From NCBI RefSeq assembly GCF_020860705.1, contig NZ_JAJBTT010000044.1:9204-73203 (forward strand): a stretch of 64,000 nucleotides of DNA. The letters are read 5' to 3'. Positions within the stretch are counted from its first letter, which is position 1. Each line of letters opens with the position of its first letter. The position numbers and the translations under genes were made by a program. Shown one piece after another: positions 7,755 through 15,011 of the stretch. This DNA is from Akkermansia sp. Its GTDB lineage: Bacteria > Verrucomicrobiota > Verrucomicrobiia > Verrucomicrobiales > Akkermansiaceae. The notes below the pieces were generated by a model. It saw nothing but the letters and a program-made list of their open reading frames with translations. It was not told where the DNA came from and searched no databases.

Positions 7755-9113
7755 TCATTCCGCCGTCAATTCATACGCCATGGCGTCCGTTACGGTGACT
7801 GTGGCGAATTCGCCTACGGGCAGCGTGAGGGGAACGGAAACAGTTCCGTCAATGTCCGGGGCGTCCCATTCCGTTCTGGCAACGCCGGGAGCGTCCACCA
7901 GGACGCGGATGTTTTTGCCGATCTGTTCCTGGCCCGTTTCCGAGGCAATGCGCGTCAGCAGCAGGGTGGCCTCATTATACCGTCGCGCCTTGGTGCGGTG
8001 GTGCACCTGGTTGGGCATCTTGTAGGCTTTGGTGCCTTCCTCCCGGGAGAAGGTGAAAATGCCGGCCCGTTCAAAGCGGAACTCCTCAATGAATTCCATC
8101 AGTTCCTGATGGTCGTCTTCCGTTTCTCCGGGGAACCCGGTGATGAAGGTGGTGCGGATGGCTATTCCCGGAACGGCCTTCCGGATGCTTCTGAGCAGGT
8201 TGCGGATGTAGTCCCCGTCCGTGACGCGCTGCATGGCGCTGAGCATGTTGTCGGAAATGTGCTGGAGGGGGATGTCCACATAGCGGGCCACCTTGGGGCT
8301 TTCCGCAATGGCGGCGGTCAATTCATCGCTCCAGTGGGCGGGGTGGGTATAAAGAAGCCGGATCCAGAATTCCCCTTCAATGGCGTTCAGGGCGCGGATC
8401 AGGGAGGCCAGGGACTCCCCGCGGGAAGAATCCACCGCGCTGCGGCGGTTAGGGCGCGCGTCCGTCCATTTGTCCATGCCGTAATAGGTAATGTCCTGGG
8501 CGATGAGGCAGATTTCCTTTACTCCGGACCGGATGAGGGCTTCCGCTTCATTCACCACGTCCTGCTGGGAGCGGCTGCGGTGGCGTCCCCGGATCATGGG
8601 GATGATGCAGTAGGCGCAGCCGTGGTTGCAGCCTTCCGCTATCTTGATGTAGGCCGTGTGCGGCGGGGTGAGGCGGTAGCGCGGCGTTTCCCAGTCCGGC
8701 ACGTACTTGCACTTGCCTTCAATAAAGTTCCGCTCCGGCGCGGTGCGGTTCATCACCTCCGTGATGATTTCCGGCAGCCTGGTGATCTGGTCCGGGCCGA
8801 TGAAGGCGTCCACCTCCGGCAGCAGGGCGGGCAGTTCCTTCTGGAAACGCTGGGACAGGCAGCCCGCCACAATCAGCTTCTGGTTTTCCGGATAGGCGCC
8901 GCTCTCCCGGGCGCGCACGACGTCCAGAATGGCATCAATGGCTTCCTGCTTGGCCTGGTCAATGAAGGCGCAGGTGTTGACCACCATCACATCCGCCAGT
9001 TCCGGCTCCGGGGTCATGGTCATGCCGGCCTTCTGCAGGTGGCCGATCATGATTTCAGAATCGATCAGGTTCTTGGGACAGCCCAGGGAAATGAGTCCAA
9101 CGGTGAGAGGCAT
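7755..9113 (-). CDS. rimO: Ribosomal protein S12 methylthiotransferase (radical SAM, MiaB family)
   Basis: VGLISLGCPKNLIDSE N-terminus, radical-SAM CNHGCAYC motif, C-terminal TRAM-like segment; 452 aa. Confidence 0.9.
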   Translation of the reverse strand: MPLTVGLISLGCPKNLIDSEIMIGHLQKAGMTMTPEPELADVMVVNTCAFIDQAKQEAIDAILDVVRARESGAYPENQKLIVAGCLSQRFQKELPALLPEVDAFIGPDQITRLPEIITEVMNRTAPERNFIEGKCKYVPDWETPRYRLTPPHTAYIKIAEGCNHGCAYCIIPMIRGRHRSRSQQDVVNEAEALIRSGVKEICLIAQDITYYGMDKWTDARPNRRSAVDSSRGESLASLIRALNAIEGEFWIRLLYTHPAHWSDELTAAIAESPKVARYVDIPLQHISDNMLSAMQRVTDGDYIRNLLRSIRKAVPGIAIRTTFITGFPGETEDDHQELMEFIEEFRFERAGIFTFSREEGTKAYKMPNQVHHRTKARRYNEATLLLTRIASETGQEQIGKNIRVLVDAPGVARTEWDAPDIDGTVSVPLTLPVGEFATVTVTDAMAYELTAE

Positions 9114-9139
9114 GGCAGTGAATGGAAAGCGTGATGAGG

Positions 9140-10576
9140 TCAGTCCCCGGAGGGGGATTCGTCCTTGACGACGACGAGGTCGAACGGGCGGATATCCACG
9201 ACGCGCACAGGGGTACCCTTAATGAGTATGCCTTGTCGAGAGAAAACCTCGCATATTTCGCCATGGATCATGGCCTTGCCGTTGGGCTTCAGTTCCGTGA
9301 CGGCGTTCCCGCGGTCGCCTATCTGCACGCGTGCAATGCTCACCGCTTCCCCGGGGGCGCCTCCGCTGACCGTGGCGTTGGTGACGCGGCGCATCAGGAT
9401 GGAATCCGGCAGGTACTTCATCAGCACGGCAATCAGGATGGCTCCTCCCGTCAGGCCCAGGGCCAGTTTCAGCAGGGGAACGCCCAGGACCACCGCCAGC
9501 GTGTTGACGTCCTCCCATTGTCCGTCCCGGATGATATGATCCCATTCCCAGGAGCTGATCATGCCGCCGAACAGGGCCAGGAAGATGCAGATGCCGCCCG
9601 CAATGGCCGCAATGAAGGTGCCGGGGATGACGAAGAATTCCACGCACAGCAGGATGACGCCCAGAATGAGCAGGGCCGCCGTTTCATACCCGGCCAGGTT
9701 CCCCGCAATGTTGTTGCCGAAGAAGAACAGGGCGAACGCGGCAATCGCCACGATACCGCCGATGCCGAACCCCGGCGTCTTGAATTCCATGTAAATGCCG
9801 CCGATGCCCAGCAGGATCAGAATGGGGGAGGCCCAGGCGATCCAGAGGCCGATGCGTTCAAAGGCGGTGGGCTCCGCCGTGACCACGGGGGCGTCCACCT
9901 TCTCCTGGGCCAGCAGGTCCGTGACGGAGGTGGCCGTTCCCTGCGCCAGCAGGGGCCTGCCGTCATCCAGCCGCGTGGCAGCCTCCTTCCCGGTCAGGGT
10001 CAGCAGGGCGCCTTTTTCCAGTTTGACGGGGCCGAACTGCTGGTCCACGTCAGACGGAATCATCATGGCCTTCACCACTTCCGGGCGGTATCCTTTTTCC
10101 GTAACCACGGAGCGGGTGAAAGCCCAGAAGGCGCTTTCCGCCTTCTTGCGCATGACGGGGTCCATTTCCTCCCCGGAGGAGGTGATGATGCCCGCCGCGC
10201 CGATGGAGGAGACGGGCGCCATGTAAATCTTGTCGCACGCCGCGGAGATGAGGGCTCCCGCGGACATGGCCTTGGGGTTCACGTAGGCATAGGTGGGGAT
10301 GGTCAGCGGCTGGATGCTTTTCATCATCATCTCGCTGGTTTCCCAGGCCAGGCCTCCGGGCGTGTTCAGGTCAAACACCACGGCGCGCGCCTGTTCCTCC
10401 TGCGCCCGCTTCAGGATGCGGTTCATGAAACCGAAGCTCTGCTTGCTGGTCAGGGAATCCTCCCCCACGGGGATGACGACTACCTGGCCACGGAAGGTTT
10501 CCTCCGCGGCCGCCCGGAACGGGGACCCGGCAAACAGGGCCAGCAGAGCCAGCAACAGAAGGTGGATGTGCTTCAT
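9140..10576 (-). CDS. NfeD-family membrane-bound ClpP-class serine protease
   Basis: Signal peptide, ClpP-like domain (VVFDLNTPGG...MSAGALISAACDKIYM), multi-TM middle, C-terminal OB-like NfeD segment (GNAVTELKPNGKAMIHGEICEV). Confidence 0.8.
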   Translation of the reverse strand: MKHIHLLLLALLALFAGSPFRAAAEETFRGQVVVIPVGEDSLTSKQSFGFMNRILKRAQEEQARAVVFDLNTPGGLAWETSEMMMKSIQPLTIPTYAYVNPKAMSAGALISAACDKIYMAPVSSIGAAGIITSSGEEMDPVMRKKAESAFWAFTRSVVTEKGYRPEVVKAMMIPSDVDQQFGPVKLEKGALLTLTGKEAATRLDDGRPLLAQGTATSVTDLLAQEKVDAPVVTAEPTAFERIGLWIAWASPILILLGIGGIYMEFKTPGFGIGGIVAIAAFALFFFGNNIAGNLAGYETAALLILGVILLCVEFFVIPGTFIAAIAGGICIFLALFGGMISSWEWDHIIRDGQWEDVNTLAVVLGVPLLKLALGLTGGAILIAVLMKYLPDSILMRRVTNATVSGGAPGEAVSIARVQIGDRGNAVTELKPNGKAMIHGEICEVFSRQGILIKGTPVRVVDIRPFDLVVVKDESPSGD

Positions 10577-10654
10577 GCCGGAAGGCTAACATGTTCCGCC
10601 TGCACGCTCAATGGAGAAGTATGTTTCCTGGGGGCAGCCCCAGTGGAGACCGCC

Positions 10655-11692
10655 TTAAACGGCTTCAGACCAGAAGAGGGCTGCATCCTTGGAGGTGATG
10701 CCTTCCATATTCAAATAACGCGTTTTCAGCAGGGACAGGCAGGAGTGGCCCATTTCATACTGCAATTCAGGATAGTTGCGGAACCTTTTGGCATGATAGC
10801 TGGCGTAGCAGTGCCTCAGCACGTCCTGAATCCAGGGAATCCCATTCCGGCCCCAGCCCGCTTTTTCCCTGATTTCCTTCCATTTCCGGTTCCAGTTTTC
10901 CGGACAGATGGGGGCATTCTTCCCCGGCATGGCTTCCATCAGCCATTTTCTCAGCACGGGCCGGATGCTCACCTGCCTGCCTCCTCCCGTCTTGCTGTGT
11001 CGCGCGGGAAGGCTGACGACGTTTTCCTCCAGGTCCACCATGCCCCAGGTCAGCCTCTCCACTTCCGCCGGGCGGATGCCGGCATACAGCATCAGGCCGA
11101 AGGCCGCCCGGCATTCTCCATGGTGCAGATTCCTGACTGTATGTTTCAATTTTTCTATTTCCGGTATGGAGAGCACCCTGATGGTTTGTTCCGCGGGGGG
11201 AGGAATATCAATCGCGTTGCCGGCTGTCGGATTGCGCTGGCACCATCCCCTTTTCCGGGCTATGGAAAAAACTCCGCTTAAAATCAGCCTGGCCTTGTAG
11301 CGCTGGCGGGGGGTGGAAAAGGCGCAGTGGATCCAGGCGCGGCATTCTTCCGGACGCATGGAGCGCACGGGGTGTCCGGAAAGGCCGGGGCACTTTCGCA
11401 TCAGCCTGTCACAGATATATCTGATTTCCGATACAGTGCGGTGGCGGCGGTGTTTTTTTGCCAGAAGCGTTTCCCGCACCGCTTCACGAAAAGGAACCGT
11501 TTTTTCCCTCCGTACCATTTCCTGCCTTCCCAGTTCCATGCATTTTCTGGCTCTGGCCAGTCTGGGGCCGCGGCCGGGAAGCGCCGCAAACATTTGCTGG
11601 ATGAGCTCCGCGGCCTCCATGATGGAAATGCCGTATTGCCTGATGAGTTGGAGGGCGGTCCGTTCCGTGGTCTGGGTGTGTTTTCTTCTCAT
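10655..11692 (-). CDS. Tyrosine site-specific recombinase (phage integrase family), stand-alone
   Basis: Catalytic signature present: LMLYAGIRPAEV (Arg I), HSKTGGGRQVSI (Lys), DVLRHCYASY (His-x-x-Arg), EMGHS...KTRYLN (His/Tyr nucleophile). No tRNA and no phage genes nearby. Confidence 0.85.
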   Translation of the reverse strand: MRRKHTQTTERTALQLIRQYGISIMEAAELIQQMFAALPGRGPRLARARKCMELGRQEMVRREKTVPFREAVRETLLAKKHRRHRTVSEIRYICDRLMRKCPGLSGHPVRSMRPEECRAWIHCAFSTPRQRYKARLILSGVFSIARKRGWCQRNPTAGNAIDIPPPAEQTIRVLSIPEIEKLKHTVRNLHHGECRAAFGLMLYAGIRPAEVERLTWGMVDLEENVVSLPARHSKTGGGRQVSIRPVLRKWLMEAMPGKNAPICPENWNRKWKEIREKAGWGRNGIPWIQDVLRHCYASYHAKRFRNYPELQYEMGHSCLSLLKTRYLNMEGITSKDAALFWSEAV

Positions 11693-11720
11693 GGTAAATT
11701 TGTTGGGGGGTTAGTACCTT

Positions 11721-11735
11721 CGGATTAGTTATCCG
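11721..11735. repeat. Left inverted repeat (IR-L) of the candidate invertible segment
   Basis: cggattagttatccg is the perfect reverse complement of 11889-11903. It has internal symmetric arms CGGAT/ATCCG around an asymmetric core TAGTT. Confidence 0.9.
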
Positions 11736-11771
11736 GCATCAAGACAAAAATAAATAATGATGTAAATGTTA

Positions 11772-11800
11772 AATATGAATATATTATGAGAATTTTTCAA
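11772..11800 (-). promoter_or_regulatory. Candidate sigma70-like promoter inside the invertible segment, facing the recombinase in this assembly
   Basis: Minus strand reads TTGAAA-17 nt-CATATT. An overlapping alternative is TTCCCA-17 nt-TAATAT. No comparably good -35/-10 pair was found on the plus strand of the segment. The promoter consensus for this phylum is assumed, not known. Confidence 0.25.
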
Positions 11801-11888
11801 TGATGGGAAATAGTTTGTTACCGAAGTTTTTTGAGAAAAATTCTCAGAAATGGATGTTTCGGAAATCAGAAGTTTGCCTGTTTTTGAA

Positions 11889-11903
11889 CGGATAACTAAT
11901 CCG
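11889..11903. repeat. Right inverted repeat (IR-R) of the candidate invertible segment
   Basis: cggataactaatccg has the same arms as IR-L with the core inverted (AACTA). Confidence 0.9.
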
Positions 11904-12072
11904 GTATTAATAGGGCATCACGAGTCACGGACGGAGGAGCTTGTTGATTATTCCGGCGCCTGAAGGAATGCGGGTACGGGAATATGGGGAGTCCCGGAAG
12001 ATTCCCGCTATCCGGAATCATGTTCCGTCATTCCAGGCACAGGAAGGACTCAACCGGAAAATTCCCATCACC

Positions 12073-12873
12073 ATGGCAGTATCCCAGCCCTCTTTGTTAT
12101 ATTTGGCCGTTCATCTGGAGCGCGCGGAGCACCGCCTTTCCTCCCTTTTACGGCAGGCGGAACGTTTCGGAATCCCCATTCAACTTGTTCCCGCCATAGA
12201 TGGCGGAGATTTGACGGACAAGGACCTGTGGAGATATGACCAAAAACGGCGCCATGCCGAATTTACCTCAGACTTGCTGCCCAATGAACACGCCTGCATC
12301 CTGAGCCATTGCAAGGCCCTGGAGGTATTTTTGAGATCCGGCGCGGATTACGGCATCATCCTTGAAGACGATATGGCCCTGCATCCCCTTTTCAATGAGG
12401 GAATCGCATGGCTGACCCGGCATACTTCTGGATGGGAATGCATCAAGCTGTTCAATGAGCATGGCCGTCTGTCTTCCCTGACCCCTCTGATGCCGGATGC
12501 CCCCGTTCAATTGGTATTCCCCAGAAAAGTGACCTGCGTGGCCGTTGGCAACCTTTATACAAGGGAAGGGGCTCTCCGTGTACTTGAAGGTTTTGATTAT
12601 TATTGGAAGGCGTATGACACCTGGTGGGGTGAACTTGTCATCCGCCGCAGGATTCCCGTCTGTGGCGTATTTCCCAGCCTGGTCTATACTCTTGATCCTG
12701 AGAACAAGCACAGCACCATAGATGAAGACTGCGTCCGCTCCTGCATGGTCCGGAATGGAAAACAGGGAAGGACGATGCGTCAATGGCTGATGCACAGGGC
12801 GTGCTCCTGGCGGTTATCATGGGGGAAATGGCGCATGCGGACATGGATGAAAAGAAGGCTGTGCATTCATTGA
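12073..12873 (+). CDS. Glycosyltransferase family 25 (LPS/LOS biosynthesis type)
   Basis: LLYLAVHLERAEHRLSSLLRQAERFGIPIQLVPAIDG...NEHACILSHCKAL...GIILEDDM matches the GT25 (Lic2/LgtB-like) pattern. ORF opens at TTG 11941; ATG 12073 preferred. Confidence 0.75.
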   Translation: MAVSQPSLLYLAVHLERAEHRLSSLLRQAERFGIPIQLVPAIDGGDLTDKDLWRYDQKRRHAEFTSDLLPNEHACILSHCKALEVFLRSGADYGIILEDDMALHPLFNEGIAWLTRHTSGWECIKLFNEHGRLSSLTPLMPDAPVQLVFPRKVTCVAVGNLYTREGALRVLEGFDYYWKAYDTWWGELVIRRRIPVCGVFPSLVYTLDPENKHSTIDEDCVRSCMVRNGKQGRTMRQWLMHRACSWRLSWGKWRMRTWMKRRLCIH

Positions 12874-12940
12874 CTCCCATGGCGGCTTCTTTCCTGTTAC
12901 GGAGGCCGCGGATTTTTTCAATTTGACCAATAAAGATAAC

Positions 12941-13750
12941 ATGAAACGCTTATCCATTATTACCGTATGCCTGAATGAACGGCATGGCATTGAAAAAACA
13001 TGTAAAAGCATCGTCTCCCAAACCTGGATGGATTTTGAATGGATCGTGATTGACGGAGCCTCTACCGATGGCACGCTGGATGTCCTGTCCCGGTATCCCG
13101 TGACGCGGCTCGTTTCCGAACCGGATGGAGGCATTTACGAGGCCATGAACAAGGGGATCCGGCTGGCACAGGGGGAATTCGTCATTTTTCTGAACGGAGG
13201 GGATTATTTCCACCATCCGGAAGTCCTGTCGGAAGTTTTTGAAAAACAGAATTATCAGGAAGATATTCTGTGCGGTAACGTTCTATTGGCCAATAGTCTG
13301 GATAAAATCAACAGGCCCCCGCGGAACGTGTCTTCTCCCCTCGTGTTCATCGGGGAGAGTATACCGCACCAGGCGGCTTTTATCAGGAGACGCCTGTTCA
13401 CGGACTATGGATTTTACGATGAAAAACTGCGCATTGTCAGTGACTGGAAGCAATGGATTGTCTTTGCGTTCAACAAATGCAGGTTCAGGAACCTGAACCT
13501 GCTGATTTCCGTTTTTGATGATAAGGGGATTTCTTCAGTCAGGCCGGACCTGCTTCAGCAGGAATATATCCAGGTGGTGAATTCCTTCTTTCTTCATGGG
13601 GAGAATTACAGAAGCGTCAAAAGCATCCGGTGGGTGAAGCTGCTGGGTTTCCTTCCCATCCTAAAAATCCGCCGTTCACGGAATAAAAGGAAAATTCTGT
13701 TATTCGGCATCTTGCCTTTGTTTTCCGTGGGAGACCAGGCCTGGACATGA
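12941..13750 (+). CDS. Glycosyltransferase family 2
   Basis: LSIITVCLNERHGIEKTCKSIVSQTWMDFEWIVIDGASTDGT...FLNGGD is a classic GT2 N-terminal domain. Confidence 0.85.
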   Translation: MKRLSIITVCLNERHGIEKTCKSIVSQTWMDFEWIVIDGASTDGTLDVLSRYPVTRLVSEPDGGIYEAMNKGIRLAQGEFVIFLNGGDYFHHPEVLSEVFEKQNYQEDILCGNVLLANSLDKINRPPRNVSSPLVFIGESIPHQAAFIRRRLFTDYGFYDEKLRIVSDWKQWIVFAFNKCRFRNLNLLISVFDDKGISSVRPDLLQQEYIQVVNSFFLHGENYRSVKSIRWVKLLGFLPILKIRRSRNKRKILLFGILPLFSVGDQAWT

Positions 13751-14850
13751 AGCGGATGCCGCCCCCGGAAATTGTTGCAAACAGAAAACGGTCCGCCGTG
13801 ATGAAAGCAGTAGAAAGGTTGAATGATATGGAACAGTCCTCCAAGGAAGCGGTGCACGTGGTATTTTCCACGGATGATGAGTATGCGCCTTATTGCGGCG
13901 TAGCCGTCAGTTCCCTGATACGGCACGCCTCCCCCGACCGGAATTATGAGATCTTCATTCTTGCGGACGGATTGTCTGAGGAATACCAGACCCTCCTGAC
14001 AGGACTGGCCGGGGGCCGGAGCCGTGTGTCCGTTCGTCTGTTTTCCGTTTCCGCCCATTTAAGCCAGCTCAGGAACAGTGTTTTATCCCGCCTGCCGCTC
14101 GCCGCGTATTACAGGCTTCTGCTTGCTACGCTGTTTCCACGTCTGGACAGAATCGTTTACTGCGACTGCGACGTTCTTGTCTGCCATGATATTGCCGAAC
14201 TTTACGATACGGAACTGGGCGACAGTCTGGCGGCAGCCGTTCCGGACCGGGCAGTCGGCATGATCGGCGGGGAATGGCTGGACCGGGCCAGGGAGATGCT
14301 TCCCGGATTGGGACTTTCCGCGGACCATTTTTTCAATTCGGGAGTGTTGCTCATGAATCTTGGCCTGTGCAGAAAGGAACAGCTGGAGTCGGCCATGATT
14401 GAGCTGTCCAAACTTCCCGGCCGCATGTGGCATGACCAGGACGTTCTCAACATGGCATTCAAGAACAGGTGGGTGCGCCTTGACGATTCATGGAACCTGA
14501 CCCTCCATATGTATGGGAAGGAAGAATTTCTGCCGGGCATGGAGGCTGGGCCGTTTTCCGGCGGAGAACCGCCCCGGGTGATTCACTTCGCCCGTTCTTC
14601 CAGAAAACCGTGGGATGGCTATGACAGCCCTTATGTGTCTTTATGGTGGAGGGAGGCCAACCGTTCGCCCTTCCGCCGGGAAATCCATGCTCGCTATAAC
14701 AGGAAATTCCTTACTTTGAAAAAAAGGATCAAACTTTTCCTATCCATGCTGGCGTTTTTCCTTTGTCCGCTTCCTTCCCTGAAAAGGAAGGTCCGGAAAC
14801 GGCGCGTGCGGTTTGATTTGCCCCGGGGTATTTCCCGGTTCAATGTTTAG
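13747..14850 (+). CDS. Glycosyltransferase family 8 (RfaJ/LgtC-like)
   Basis: VHVVFSTDDEYAPYCGVAVSSLI, YCDCDVLVCHDIAELY (DxD) and FNSGVLLMNL are GT8 motifs. The start overlaps the upstream stop (ATGA), suggesting an operon. Confidence 0.85.
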   Translation: MKRMPPPEIVANRKRSAVMKAVERLNDMEQSSKEAVHVVFSTDDEYAPYCGVAVSSLIRHASPDRNYEIFILADGLSEEYQTLLTGLAGGRSRVSVRLFSVSAHLSQLRNSVLSRLPLAAYYRLLLATLFPRLDRIVYCDCDVLVCHDIAELYDTELGDSLAAAVPDRAVGMIGGEWLDRAREMLPGLGLSADHFFNSGVLLMNLGLCRKEQLESAMIELSKLPGRMWHDQDVLNMAFKNRWVRLDDSWNLTLHMYGKEEFLPGMEAGPFSGGEPPRVIHFARSSRKPWDGYDSPYVSLWWREANRSPFRREIHARYNRKFLTLKKRIKLFLSMLAFFLCPLPSLKRKVRKRRVRFDLPRGISRFNV

Positions 14851-15011
14851 CGTGGAGAGTTTTTCCCGCCGCGGACGGGGCAGGGAATGGCGTCTTCATT
14901 CATGGGAGCGGCTGCGGAAGAAATGTTTTCCGTGATTCCGGGGCGACGGCTCCGCATCCGATTCTGTCTTCTTGAGCATCCGCCGGCGCTGTGATAGAGT
15001 GGCTGCGCCTT

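Larger units (their letters stand above)
11721..11903. mobile_element. Candidate invertible DNA switch (inverton): 153-bp AT-rich segment between 15-bp IRs
   Basis: The IR pair brackets 11736-11888, clearly AT-richer than its flanks. The recombinase start codon is 29 bp left of IR-L and the GT operon lies to the right. Confidence 0.6.
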
